Notes under the pieces: generated by a model
Databases searched by the model: none
What the model was told of the DNA's origin: nothing
What the model saw: only the letters and a program-made list of their open reading frames with translations
Made by a program: the position numbers and the translations under genes
Source of the DNA: an uncultured Fibrobacteria bacterium
GTDB taxonomy: Bacteria; Fibrobacterota; Fibrobacteria; UBA11236
Reading direction: 5' to 3'
Length of the DNA stretch: 64,000 bases
Assembly: GCA_963716395.1 (NCBI GenBank)
Contig: OY970309.1
Coordinates: 128,001 to 192,000, forward strand
In this document: positions 47,129 to 57,825 of the stretch, in pieces
How positions within the stretch are numbered: the first letter of the stretch is position 1
Layout: the number at the start of each line of letters is the position of its first letter

Positions 47129-48601
47129 TCAAATCGATCGATTTTTGCGTTTGAGTTTCGGGATATACTCTTTCAGTTCTGCAACAGTGACGAGGCCCCA
47201 TTGCAGGGAGACGGGTAAAAAGAGCAGGCAAAAGATCGTTCCCGCGATAATTCCCTGCGCCAAAAACGGATGTACAACCAACCGCCCAAAATAACCCGCG
47301 GCCGCAGCCGCGGCGGCTACACAAAATACTTTTAGAAAATAATCCAATGGAAAAATCTGGAGAAAGCGAACCCCCAGAAATCGCTGGGTGGCAACAATGG
47401 AAATCGCGGTGGTTAAGGCGGTAGACAGGACCGAGGCTGCGGCCGGCCCCCATAATCCAAAATGCAACACTTTCAATGCGAGTAGGATTAGGCCAGTATT
47501 CGCGAGCAAAAAAATTCCATTAAAAAATAACAGGGGCTTGGTTTTTCCAATTCCCTGCAAAATCATGCTGGGATTGAAAATTCGTAGGGGAATACGGAGC
47601 AGATAAATCTGAAAGATCACCACGGCCGCGAGGTATCGGCGCGTATACAGAAAACCGATCATGGGAACCGAGACCGCAAACAATAAAGCCGTTCCCGGAA
47701 TCAACACCATAATGGACCTGCGAATGACTTCGCGCCAAACGCCCGGGATTTCAGCAGTTTCGCCCTCATGATGGTGCTGGGCAATTTTGGGAACCAAAAC
47801 CGAATTGATGGCAGTCGTAAACGAACTGAAAAAAGGAATTTCCAGGGCGCCGACAGCATAGAAGGCGAATTCCGTCGGGTTTAAAATGGCGGCTACGCAA
47901 TATTTGTCAATTTCTTTGGAGAGATACCAAACGATGCCCGAAAGACCTAAAGGAAGGGAATAATTCATTTGCTTGCGCAGCAGGGGCGGGCTCCATTCAG
48001 TTTTAATGGAGCGCAAGTCGTAATAGCACCAAAGCGACTGAACCACGGCCTGAATCGCCATAAAAGCCACGATAATTTCCAACAATTGCCGCAAGTTGAA
48101 TCCCATCGCGGCCGGCAGAATCGTGATAGCGAAACCCGAAAGCGTGCCCAGGGTTTGAACCAGGGTCGCCGTCACGTATCGGTTGAGGCTCATGAACCAA
48201 GCCGGGATATGTTGAATTCCCAGGAAGAACAACGGGTAAAGACAAAAGAAGTGCAAGATCACTTTTAAATCCGGATTGTGGAATTGCCGGGAGATGGGCC
48301 CGGCCAGGAGAAACAGCCCTCCGGTCGCGAGCGTCCCGAAACACGTCAGCAAAGTTTGCGTTTGTACGAAAATACCTTTGCGCGTCCCGCTGCTTACCGG
48401 CGGAACCAAGTACAATAGGCTGGCGGGGAGGGCCAACATGCAGATGTACGAAACCGTATCCGTCAAGAATGTGGCTTGCCGGAAGGTGCCGTAATCCCGG
48501 CTGCTATAATAGCGCACCAGGATCATTCCCATCATGATCGATGAAATCTGCGACACCACGCCCAGGGAGGTGAGAAGGAAAACTTTTTTTTCAGCGCGCA
48601 T
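47129..48601 (-). CDS. wzx: Wzx oligosaccharide flippase
   Basis: About 490 aa, many TM helices; DYGTFRQ, YSLPLG, IDKY, FAFYAVG. Confidence 0.88.
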   Translation of the reverse strand: MRAEKKVFLLTSLGVVSQISSIMMGMILVRYYSSRDYGTFRQATFLTDTVSYICMLALPASLLYLVPPVSSGTRKGIFVQTQTLLTCFGTLATGGLFLLAGPISRQFHNPDLKVILHFFCLYPLFFLGIQHIPAWFMSLNRYVTATLVQTLGTLSGFAITILPAAMGFNLRQLLEIIVAFMAIQAVVQSLWCYYDLRSIKTEWSPPLLRKQMNYSLPLGLSGIVWYLSKEIDKYCVAAILNPTEFAFYAVGALEIPFFSSFTTAINSVLVPKIAQHHHEGETAEIPGVWREVIRRSIMVLIPGTALLFAVSVPMIGFLYTRRYLAAVVIFQIYLLRIPLRIFNPSMILQGIGKTKPLLFFNGIFLLANTGLILLALKVLHFGLWGPAAASVLSTALTTAISIVATQRFLGVRFLQIFPLDYFLKVFCVAAAAAAAGYFGRLVVHPFLAQGIIAGTIFCLLFLPVSLQWGLVTVAELKEYIPKLKRKNRSI

Positions 48602-48983
48602 CAGTTGGGGATACCGATTTTGAGATAATTAATTATCAATAGCATTTTTCAAACACTTTTCACAAAAGGGAATTTCCATTTACCACAGGGAAGATGGGGT
48701 TGCCGGATTTTTGCACCCCTTTATTTAACAAATAATCCGTGCTTTCCGCACACGCCGCAATTGGTGCGGAGGGGCGGACCCGGGGAGACAGAAAAGGGGG
48801 AAAGAGAAGCCAAGGAACAAAAGCGGTTAAACCGCGTTCTTTTAGCGAGAAAACCGCCAGGAAGAAAACGGAAAATAATCAGACGACCACGCTTTGCACG
48901 AAGGCTTTCAAGGCCAAGGTGGTACTAGCCATTCAAAATGCGACAAGTCCGTTTCGCGCAGTTGCACCTTCCCAATTCGCTTT

Positions 48984-50138
48984 TCATGCTCGGCTTACCA
49001 TCAATTTCGATCGGATAAACCATTTGCCCAGTTTGATACTTGGCTTTTCAACCCATCGATAAAAACCATAAGACACGAATAAAACAAAGGGCCAGATCAA
49101 TAAACAGCAAATAAAATTAATTGTCGGAAAAATATTGCTCGCTGGAAATAAAGTCTTTAAGAGTATTGGAACTAGACTAATTAATGGGTCATGAATGAGA
49201 TAGACACTGTAGCTAATAACACCTATCCAGCCAAGGTGCCTTGACAAACTAGCCAGCGCGAAATTCTTTTGTCGGCGGGGTGAGATTGGTCTTGAAAGAA
49301 GATAAGCCATTATGTTCGCGGTTGATAGTGCAATTGATACGAAGCAAAAATAAAATAGCGGTTTGATGAAATAGCACAGCAAAGTGATGGAGGGCCATAA
49401 CCAAAGCGGACTTTCTCTTAAAAAAAGCGGCTTTTCTTTGAGAAAATCATCGGCTAAAACCGCGCCCGCTGACCAACTAAACCAAAATGCAAACGGAGAC
49501 AAGCTGAACCACGTGGGATCGCTTTGCCCGCCGGCATAATGCCAACCCCGAATCGTTCTCATCGTTAGCTCGATTGCAACAGTCAAGCACAACGCCCGTT
49601 TCCACCCAAACCGCCGAACCAACCACAGCAGAAGTGGATACAGCACATAAAGTTGAACTTCGACGGCAATGCTCCAAAAGGGTCCGTTAATCGCATAACT
49701 TGAATTGCCATTCATATTGTGAAGCAAAAACAAATGGCTAACCAATTGGGCAAAATCTCGAAACGAATGGAATCCCAGTTTTGTGGGCGGGAAAAAAACG
49801 GCAAAAAAAATGAGGGTGACGAGATAAGGCGGATAAATGCGGAAAAATCGCCGGGCGAAAAACACCTTGAATTGTTTTGCCGTCGATCTTTCGTAACTCA
49901 GATGAATGCAAAAACCGCTGATTACAAAAAATATTGCAACGCCGCCCCACCCAAACGTTACGGGAAGCAAAAGCAGAAACGACCATGGCGCGTGGAAATC
50001 CCGAAACCAACCATGCCAATTCAGCGAGTCCATCCCGTAACCTGCAATCAAGGCGTGATAGATAAACACGGCGATTATTGCGAATCCTCGCGCTTGATCA
50101 AGAAGCGAAATATGCTTGTCCGGTTTAGTTAAACTCAT
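48984..50138 (-). CDS. Acyltransferase family 3 (OafA-like) membrane O-acyltransferase
   Basis: LDQARGFAI..VFIYH, GVAIFFVISGF, RRFFRIYP, WSIAVEVQLY, SYSVYLIH, VEKP. Confidence 0.92.
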   Translation of the reverse strand: MSLTKPDKHISLLDQARGFAIIAVFIYHALIAGYGMDSLNWHGWFRDFHAPWSFLLLLPVTFGWGGVAIFFVISGFCIHLSYERSTAKQFKVFFARRFFRIYPPYLVTLIFFAVFFPPTKLGFHSFRDFAQLVSHLFLLHNMNGNSSYAINGPFWSIAVEVQLYVLYPLLLWLVRRFGWKRALCLTVAIELTMRTIRGWHYAGGQSDPTWFSLSPFAFWFSWSAGAVLADDFLKEKPLFLRESPLWLWPSITLLCYFIKPLFYFCFVSIALSTANIMAYLLSRPISPRRQKNFALASLSRHLGWIGVISYSVYLIHDPLISLVPILLKTLFPASNIFPTINFICCLLIWPFVLFVSYGFYRWVEKPSIKLGKWFIRSKLMVSRA

Positions 50139-50301
50139 ACAATGGGAGATATCCTTGACATTGGTGCCGACCTTTTCACGCGGATGCGGAGAGAGAAGAA
50201 AACCGAAACCCTTTCCGTTTACTCCAAAAGAGCGCACCCACAGCCCGTCCAACCCTTTGGAAGATGGTGCGTACGGCACCAAGATGAAAACGATTTATTC
50301 A

Positions 50302-50835
50302 TTAGGGTTCGGCGCTTTCCAGGGTCGCGACTTTTTTCCAGCCGAATTTTTGATTCATTCCGAAATTCCAAAGACTTACGATGACGATGGCGATCAGATT
50401 ACCCAAATACATGCCGATCTTAAAAAAGCGGATTTGAAGGTTCAGCAGGAACACGCTCAATGCGATACCGACCAGACAAATCAGGTTGAATTTTCCCAGT
50501 CGCCCCAGACGTCCGCGCCAACTCGCGTCGACAATCGCGAGGTCGCGGAAGGTCCACAAATCGTTCAAGATAAAGTTGCTGAAAATAGCGATCTCCGCCG
50601 CCATGGCTTTGCCCAGGGAAAGATTCAAGTGCAGCATGCGCGGATCGGCCAGCACGAAAAGCGCCGCCATATCGACGACTACACCCGTGGCCCCCACAAT
50701 TCCAAAATTCACATAGCGCCTAGCCATTATCACCAGCGAGGGTTTAACTCCGAACGCTATGACGAATTTCCACAGGCCGGCGTCTGTTGCCCGACGCGAA
50801 AGCAAATCATCCCGATCGGGATTGAAATTCTTCAT
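50302..50835 (-). CDS. GtrA-family flippase-like membrane protein (start uncertain)
   Basis: FGIVGATGVVVD, EIAIFSNFILNDLWTF, KFNLICL, WNFGMN. Confidence 0.8.
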   Translation of the reverse strand: MKNFNPDRDDLLSRRATDAGLWKFVIAFGVKPSLVIMARRYVNFGIVGATGVVVDMAALFVLADPRMLHLNLSLGKAMAAEIAIFSNFILNDLWTFRDLAIVDASWRGRLGRLGKFNLICLVGIALSVFLLNLQIRFFKIGMYLGNLIAIVIVSLWNFGMNQKFGWKKVATLESAEP

Positions 50836-51002
50836 CGCAATATTCGCCTGATTATCGCGAGAGGCCGGCGCCGATTGACGGTAGCCGCCACAATCCACCT
50901 CGTCGCCTCCAAACCCCTACCCTCACCATCACGTCACCTCGTTTCGTGGCTGCATTCTTTCATTCGATGTCCCGGTTGCGGCATGATGTTTAACGAATCG
51001 GG

Positions 51003-52688
51003 TCACCGGCGCCGGTAAAGAATCCAGCCCTCCGAAGAATCGATCGGTTCAAAATTAGTGTGCAGAAATTGTCCGTATAATTCCAACATAACATCCCTGG
51101 TGTCGAACCCGCCCCCTTGCATTCCCGGGACATGCCGCGGAAGCATGACCAGGGACGCGTCACCCAGAAATTCCCCGGGCGAAGGGTGGGTGCGCCGATT
51201 AAAATTCATGTTGAGATCCCACCATTGATTTCCGTCACGGGCAGGGCGGAGGCCGAAAGCGAAGGAAAACGGATCGGTGAATCCGATAGTGGTGATCCGG
51301 TCGCTTTGGGATAAATGTTTGCGCACCAAGTCAAGGCCTTCGTTGATTCTGAATGGAAACTCGCTGGCCGGCCAGTAAGAGGTGATGTGACGGGGAGTGG
51401 TCGGAACGCGCAAGTCGCGGAGCGGACGGGCGCGGATTTGGCGCGAGGCTTCGAAAGTGGGCCGACTGAACAGGTTCCACTTGGCGGAGTAGGCGAAAGA
51501 AGCGAGATCTCCCGCGAGAATCGTCCCGCAAAAAATGGGCATCAGCACCAAAACCGTGGCGGCATAAACGCTGCGCGCCGAGCTTTGCGAAAGCCGCATT
51601 GGGTCCTGGTTGCGGCGACGGAACAGCTCGACGAAAATCACCGCCGCGGCGAAAAAGAGCGGGTCGTCCAGGCCTCCGCGCTGCGCCGCATTGCCGCTGT
51701 CGATAAAAAGGGCGCTCGCCACGATCCATGACGCGGTGAGCCAAATTCGCGCCGGCGAAAGCGCCTCCACATCTGAAGACCGATCCGCGTACGTCCACAG
51801 TCCGAGAAAAACCAGGGTTAAATAAATCCACAGCAGGTTGTTCATCAGGGCTTGTTGGAGCAGATGGACGCGCAAAGCCGGCAACTGCGAGCGGCCCGCG
51901 GTAACGATATCCGAAATGTAGGCCGCCGGACTGAAGTGAAAAAACACATAGAACGCCGCAACGATACCAGCGAATCCGGCTAATGCGCCGATGAACCAGA
52001 GTTTGGATCGGCGTTGTAAAATAATACCGAACACCATTGAAGCCGCGGCCACCGCAAAAAAAGTGATCTTGCAATACAGAATCAATCCCAGTAGCAGCCC
52101 GGATGAAAGCCCATTGAACCGGGACTCATTTTTAGCGGATACCCGGGCCGACACGAAGAGGGTGATGAAGAGCATCGACAACAAAACATACCCCTCGCGA
52201 TTATAAATCATTGCGTAAGTCGTCTCCCAGAGGGTGAATCCAAGGGGGCGGGGGGCAATCAACAAGAATCCTAAAAACAAAACGAATAAGAAGGAAACCC
52301 AGGGCTGCAGCCGTGACGATGCGAGGGCCCAGGCCCAAGGGAGCAAGAGGGCCGCCAGCAACACGCTACCATACACAATCGCGGAGGTGGACGGCCCGGC
52401 GAACTTCATTCCGAACACGATGGGTAAGTAGGTCAAGAGGCCGATCGGATTGTGATAATCGACATGGGGAATCTGACCGTTCAGGATTCGCCAGGCGGCA
52501 TTGAGCAAGGAAACCACATCCCAGGGGCCGATAATGGGCGCCGCTCCCCAGCGAATCATGACAAAGAAAGCCGCGGCGAAAATTGCGGCCAAGGCATAGG
52601 CCAGGGAACGATAGCCGGGTTGGACGACAAAGAACAGACACGCCTTCAATGCACGCATCAGCCCGCTCTCAGATCCGCTTTGCCTCAT
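51003..52688 (-). CDS. Multi-pass membrane protein, probable GT-C fold
   Basis: WDVVSLLNAAWRILNGQIPHVDYHNPIG loop after TM1, YNR, CKITF; soluble C-terminal domain. Confidence 0.6.
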   Translation of the reverse strand: MRQSGSESGLMRALKACLFFVVQPGYRSLAYALAAIFAAAFFVMIRWGAAPIIGPWDVVSLLNAAWRILNGQIPHVDYHNPIGLLTYLPIVFGMKFAGPSTSAIVYGSVLLAALLLPWAWALASSRLQPWVSFLFVLFLGFLLIAPRPLGFTLWETTYAMIYNREGYVLLSMLFITLFVSARVSAKNESRFNGLSSGLLLGLILYCKITFFAVAAASMVFGIILQRRSKLWFIGALAGFAGIVAAFYVFFHFSPAAYISDIVTAGRSQLPALRVHLLQQALMNNLLWIYLTLVFLGLWTYADRSSDVEALSPARIWLTASWIVASALFIDSGNAAQRGGLDDPLFFAAAVIFVELFRRRNQDPMRLSQSSARSVYAATVLVLMPIFCGTILAGDLASFAYSAKWNLFSRPTFEASRQIRARPLRDLRVPTTPRHITSYWPASEFPFRINEGLDLVRKHLSQSDRITTIGFTDPFSFAFGLRPARDGNQWWDLNMNFNRRTHPSPGEFLGDASLVMLPRHVPGMQGGGFDTRDVMLELYGQFLHTNFEPIDSSEGWILYRRR

Positions 52689-53259
52689 TATGGTTCCAGA
52701 CCTCAATCTGTTTGAGTTTGTGCGGGATTAGTGGTTTTGAATTGTTCAACGCCCCGGAAACATTGTTGCCACCGGACCCAGGGTTCCCCTATGGGACCGA
52801 TCCAATCGCTTCCGCCCCAAGTCGTTAAGAACCCCGAGTAAATTGGGAATTCGACCGCTCGTCTTGTTTGAAGTTGATTCACCTGATGTTTTTAACGCAC
52901 TCGGAATAAGCGCGGCACGAACTTAGGTAAAACAAAGTCCTTTTCCACATCATGAATGCTCCGCAACCCCAGCCGACTTCGACGATTCACCGCAGCCGTA
53001 ATTTTTCACGACCTATTTGCCGCTATTTAACGTGGTTGCTACTTTGTAACAAAACTTAACATTCAAAAATAGACGCAAGAATAAGGGCTTTAACACCACA
53101 GAAATTCCCACGGTATAGGAAATGTGAACGACATGCTAATGATATTGATAGCCAAGGTGTTACTTCCATCGGCATTATGATAACCTATTAGGTCATCTCG
53201 GCGCTTTCGAATGCGACCATTCATGCAGCCGTGAAATCCATAATTGCCGAACCCGTAAC

Positions 53260-54246
53260 ATGATCGAAAAAAACAATCCGCCTTTGGTCAGCGTCGTCAC
53301 GCCGTTTTATAACACCGCCCCCTACTTGGCCCAATGCATTGAAAGCGTACTGGCGCAAACTTATTCCGCGTGGGAATACCTTCTCGTCGACAATCAAAGC
53401 GAGGACGGATCCGGCGAAATCGCGGAAAAATATAGTCGACTCGACACCCGCATTCGTTTCATCAAAACCCCCGAATTCTACCCGCAAGTCGCCAATTTTA
53501 ACTACGCGCTCACGCAGATTTCTGCGGATAGCGTATTCTGTAAAATGATTTTGGCCGACGACCTGCTTTTCCCGAGATGCCTGGAAGAAATGGCGGCACT
53601 GGCCGAGAAGAATGCCTCCATCGGACTGGTTTCCAGTTACCGCATGATTGGGACCAGGGTCTCGGGACATGGGTTGGACCCGGAACAAAACTTTTTCCCC
53701 GGCCGGCTGATTGGCCAAAAGCAGCTATTGCAGCAATGCGTGGTTTTCGGATCTCCTTCGACGTTCTTTTTCCGCAGCGCCATCGTGCGTGCCCGGCGCC
53801 CGTTTTTTTCGGAAACGAGTTTTCACGAAGATACCGAATCGGCCTATGAAATATTGCGGGAATGGGACTTCGGTTTTGTGCATCAAGTCCTCAGTTTTAC
53901 TCGGCTCGAAGAAACTTCCCGTATGGGTCGCATCAAAAAATACTCCCCCCATCTGCGGGATTTTTTGATCGTGGCGGAAAAATACGCCCGCAATTTTTTT
54001 GCACCGGATGAGGCCAAAGCGTGTATGCAATCGGTCCGCCTTGAGTATTACCAATTTTTAGTTCGGGCTCTGCTGTTGGGAAATTGGGGGGGCGAATTCT
54101 GGAGTTTTCAATTACAAGGTTTGCGCAACGAGAATATTCGCATCGATCGCTGGTGCCTCCTGCAAGCCTTTCTGAAAACCGTCGCCGACATATTGGGAAA
54201 TCCAAAAATGGCTTGCGGCGACCTGCTGCGAAATATCCGCAAATAA
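53260..54246 (+). CDS. GT2 glycosyltransferase
   Basis: VSVVTPFYN, CIESVLAQTY, VDNQSEDGS, ADD, EDTE. Confidence 0.92.
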   Translation: MIEKNNPPLVSVVTPFYNTAPYLAQCIESVLAQTYSAWEYLLVDNQSEDGSGEIAEKYSRLDTRIRFIKTPEFYPQVANFNYALTQISADSVFCKMILADDLLFPRCLEEMAALAEKNASIGLVSSYRMIGTRVSGHGLDPEQNFFPGRLIGQKQLLQQCVVFGSPSTFFFRSAIVRARRPFFSETSFHEDTESAYEILREWDFGFVHQVLSFTRLEETSRMGRIKKYSPHLRDFLIVAEKYARNFFAPDEAKACMQSVRLEYYQFLVRALLLGNWGGEFWSFQLQGLRNENIRIDRWCLLQAFLKTVADILGNPKMACGDLLRNIRK

Positions 54247-55203
54247 TCACACGGCTTTGCGTGTCGGTTCTTTGCGAAAATGCTGATAGATATACCCGCA
54301 AAACAGAATGGATTGGCATTGGTAATAAAATGCTTCCACCCGGCGCCGTGATACACCGAACTTTACACTTTTGATGAAATTTCGCACCACAAATCCCGGA
54401 ACATAAACGGGAAGCCCGAAAATTTTCCATCGGGCCGGCATGGGATGCAGCCGTTTCAAAACAATACCGACTCCGAACATGCGCCGGCGGAAATAGGGCT
54501 TGTTGGCTTGCGAAGGCTTGATGGGATGTAATACGCGCGCTTCCCCGACATACACCCACTCGCGAATGCCCATGGACCTGAGGCGCAGCAACAACTCGTA
54601 CTCGGCGCCCGGCACCAGACTCCCCCCCACCAAACCGAAATCCGTACGGAATACTCCGCAGCGCTCGAACACGGATCGCTTGAACGCCATGCTCGGCCCC
54701 ACCGGCATGTCTTCTTCGCTGATGGCCCGGACCTCCGTCGTCGTGCCATGCTCCATGCGCAGGACGATCATGGTGCGGGCATAAGGCCCATCCAGCACCA
54801 GCCATTCGGGCAAGACGAATTCCGGTGGCCGTATCGAAATGCGTCCGCCGAACACCTCGCTGTGGGGGAAATTTTGAAAAGCCCGGATATAAGCTGCCAG
54901 CACGCCGTCTTCGAGGAGCAAGTCGTCATCGAAGAAGATGATGAAATCCCCTTTAGCCTGAGCGACACCGGCATTACGCGCCCGGTTGACACCCGCGGTC
55001 GATTCAAACAGGTACCGGACGGAGATCGTTCGGCTTTGCGCGGCATATGTCTCCACGACTTTTTTCGTGCCGTCGGTGGATTTGTTGTCGACCACCAGAT
55101 ATTCCACTTCGGCGCCGCAGGTATCCTGACGCAGAACCGACGCCAGGGTTTCGGCCAACCACTTTTCCCGATTGTAGGTCGGCGTGATAATTGTAATGAT
55201 CAT
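54247..55203 (-). CDS. GT2 glycosyltransferase
   Basis: IITPTYNR, VDNKSTDGT, ARNAG, FFDDD. Confidence 0.92.
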   Translation of the reverse strand: MIITIITPTYNREKWLAETLASVLRQDTCGAEVEYLVVDNKSTDGTKKVVETYAAQSRTISVRYLFESTAGVNRARNAGVAQAKGDFIIFFDDDLLLEDGVLAAYIRAFQNFPHSEVFGGRISIRPPEFVLPEWLVLDGPYARTMIVLRMEHGTTTEVRAISEEDMPVGPSMAFKRSVFERCGVFRTDFGLVGGSLVPGAEYELLLRLRSMGIREWVYVGEARVLHPIKPSQANKPYFRRRMFGVGIVLKRLHPMPARWKIFGLPVYVPGFVVRNFIKSVKFGVSRRRVEAFYYQCQSILFCGYIYQHFRKEPTRKAV

Positions 55204-55215
55204 GATGATATTGAA

Positions 55216-55866
55216 TCAAATTACGGATTTGCGATTGTAAAAGGCCTCGGCCAGTCCGGTGGGGGCGTTGCATTCCATGCCGCGCACGCGCAAGATTGAG
55301 CGGAACAAATCTTCGGTGAACCAGCCGCGGCCGCGCTGGGAGACATAACATGTCAACAGCGCCGCAATTTTGGCATTGGCCTGGCCGGGCTCCAGCGGCA
55401 CGAAAAAATTCGGCGCGCCCCAATCGCCGTCGTATTTGGGGATTTCATATTCCAGAATGAAATGATTCCGAAATGTGTTCCACGTCAGCTCGTGGATCAA
55501 GCGGTGATCCTGATGCAAATCGCCGCGCGCGTGGGTCAGAATGAGATGGGGGTTCACCTCGCCCTTCAAGGTTTCGAATACGTCTTTGACTTCCGCTCCG
55601 GAGTACGGCAAAAAACCGTCACGGAAATCCAGCACCTTGAGGTCGAGGCCGGAGACGGAAGGGATCAGCATGCGCGCGCAGGTCCGGGTTTCTTCCCGCC
55701 GCACGGGGCTTCCGGAAAAAACCCGCCAGGTGAATTGCGCGGCATACTCGTCTTGCAGACGCAGCAAGGTGGCGCCGCAACCGATTTCGATATCGTCGCA
55801 ATGCGCCCCCAGGCAGAGCACGCGCAAGGGTTCGCCGGGTTGAAGGTGAAACGACAAGGGCAACAT
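55216..55866 (-). CDS. PIG-L/LmbE-family deacetylase
   Basis: GAHCDDIEIGCG, DLHQDH, YEIPKYDGD. Confidence 0.9.
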   Translation of the reverse strand: MLPLSFHLQPGEPLRVLCLGAHCDDIEIGCGATLLRLQDEYAAQFTWRVFSGSPVRREETRTCARMLIPSVSGLDLKVLDFRDGFLPYSGAEVKDVFETLKGEVNPHLILTHARGDLHQDHRLIHELTWNTFRNHFILEYEIPKYDGDWGAPNFFVPLEPGQANAKIAALLTCYVSQRGRGWFTEDLFRSILRVRGMECNAPTGLAEAFYNRKSVI

Positions 55867-55869
55867 GCA

Positions 55870-56892
55870 TCACCTCCAATAGAAATCGGAATCGAGTAGG
55901 CCGCGTTGCACCAGGTATTTCAATTGCGAAAGCCGCGTAAAGGCCCGGAACTCGAAATCGGTCTGAGTGAATCCGATACGTTCAAACATCGCCTTGATCT
56001 CCCGGGCTCCGGATTCGGCGTCGGTGCGGCAACGGAAGTTCGGCAAATGTGCATGGATCTTGTCGAAGTTGACCCGGTAACTGCGCGTGTCTCCGCCGTT
56101 GTCGCCGAATTGCAGCGCACATCCGGGAAAAACCCGCGCTACGATTTCGGCCACTTCGCGCACCCGGTAGTTTTGGTGGTTCTCACCCACGTTGAAGATC
56201 TGATTGTGTACGGCGGCGCGCGGGGCTTCGAGTGCGCAGGCCACGGCTTCGCACATGTCGATCACATGCACCAGCGGCCGCCAGGGCGTGCCGTCGGATG
56301 TCATTTTGATGGCACCGGCGGTGGCGGCCCAGCCGCACAGGTTGTTCAACACCACATCGAAACGTTGATGCGGCGAAGCCCCGAAGGCGGTGGCATTGCG
56401 CAAAAAAGTGGGTGAGAAAAGCTCGTCGGCCATCTGGCCCAAGTCGGCTTCGACGCGCACCTTGCATTCGGCATAGGCGGTAAGCGGATTCACCGGACTG
56501 GTTTCGTCGACGATGTCGCTCAAACCCTGGCCGTATACGCTGCACGAACTGGCGTAGACAAAGCGGGTTACGCCCTGCTTTTTCGCGGCGGCCGCCAGGC
56601 GCAAACTACCCCCATGGTTGATCTGGTAGGTGATGCCGGGGTTGAACTCGCCCAGGGGATCGTTGGAAAGCTCGGCCAGATGCGCCACGGCGTCAAAGCC
56701 CTGCACATGCCGCTCTTCCACCCGGCGGATGTCGAGATTCAGGGTTTCGGGTAGCCTTTCCGGCAGGGGATACAAAATGCCGTCGCGGTAATAACCCGTA
56801 TCCAGTCCCACGACGGAATGTCCTCGTTGCATCAAGACCTGGGCCAAATGCACGCCGATATAGCCGTCGGTGCCGGTCACGAGTATTCTCAT
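55870..56892 (-). CDS. NAD-dependent nucleotide-sugar epimerase/dehydratase (extended SDR)
   Basis: TGTDGYIG, HLAELSNDP, SSCSVYG, YAECK. Confidence 0.92.
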   Translation of the reverse strand: MRILVTGTDGYIGVHLAQVLMQRGHSVVGLDTGYYRDGILYPLPERLPETLNLDIRRVEERHVQGFDAVAHLAELSNDPLGEFNPGITYQINHGGSLRLAAAAKKQGVTRFVYASSCSVYGQGLSDIVDETSPVNPLTAYAECKVRVEADLGQMADELFSPTFLRNATAFGASPHQRFDVVLNNLCGWAATAGAIKMTSDGTPWRPLVHVIDMCEAVACALEAPRAAVHNQIFNVGENHQNYRVREVAEIVARVFPGCALQFGDNGGDTRSYRVNFDKIHAHLPNFRCRTDAESGAREIKAMFERIGFTQTDFEFRAFTRLSQLKYLVQRGLLDSDFYWR

Positions 56893-56919
56893 ACTTTAGT
56901 CTCCTTTTTTTCGCCGGAA

Positions 56920-57825
56920 TCAGATGGCCTGCGGCCTGCCCTGATGTCTTGGGGCCAGATGCGGTAGGAGGATCGCACGCGGCACCGGAGACAAATCGGT
57001 TCCGCGCAAATAATCCGTCATCGCGGTACCGGAGCATTGGGTGTCGATATTCGGAGCGCCCCTTCCCGCGCGGACATCGTCGATATCGACGGTGCGGAAA
57101 TCGATGCTGAACCGGGCGACGCCCGTTTCGTTCGCCACCGTGGAATGCAACTGGGCTCCCGAAAAGAGGATCATACCGCCGACCGGACAAACCAGTCGTA
57201 ATTGCGGTTCCATCTCCACCTCTTCTTCCGGGCGCGGCTGCTCGCGCGTATCCGATTTGATTTGCGCGGCGGCATTCTGCCGGGGACCGCTATTCCAGTC
57301 TTGATAGTTGTAATTGCGGGAACTGTTTCGGAGCGGCACACTCCAGTATTTGGGATGGAAGGCCATGGCATTTCCGGAGGTAAACGGATAAATCGGCATC
57401 CACCAATTGATCTGCGCCAACGGCGCGGAATACCAAGTGTCCCGGTGCGGGTGAAAGGCATAGGCGATGCCGTAACGGAGGTAATCCGAGGGCGCGGCGG
57501 ATCGGAGCCGGGGGGTATCCAAATAGGTTTTTTCGAGGTCGTGCCCGGTTTCGGAGGCGATGCGGCGCAACAGGACTTTGGATTCGGGGTGATGGATGAA
57601 TTTGGGCTTCAGCACCGAAAGGATCTCCGCGTATTTTTCGACGGGAAGGGATTCATGGGCTCGGCGCGGATCCGTTCCCGCAAAAGCCTCTTCCACCATT
57701 TGCCGGGCGAAGGCGCAAAGTTGCAAAGAACCCGGAGTGGGCGCCAGCACCATGATATCACCTTGATAAATCAGGCTGCGGCGTTCTGCTTCCGAAATCT
57801 CCGGATGGAAATAAACGGTATTCAT
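56920..57825 (-). CDS. Putative Fe(II)/2-oxoglutarate-dependent oxygenase
   Basis: HPHRDTWY (HxD), distal HST, RFSIDFR (RxS); ATGA coupling to rfbF. Confidence 0.65.
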   Translation of the reverse strand: MNTVYFHPEISEAERRSLIYQGDIMVLAPTPGSLQLCAFARQMVEEAFAGTDPRRAHESLPVEKYAEILSVLKPKFIHHPESKVLLRRIASETGHDLEKTYLDTPRLRSAAPSDYLRYGIAYAFHPHRDTWYSAPLAQINWWMPIYPFTSGNAMAFHPKYWSVPLRNSSRNYNYQDWNSGPRQNAAAQIKSDTREQPRPEEEVEMEPQLRLVCPVGGMILFSGAQLHSTVANETGVARFSIDFRTVDIDDVRAGRGAPNIDTQCSGTAMTDYLRGTDLSPVPRAILLPHLAPRHQGRPQAI

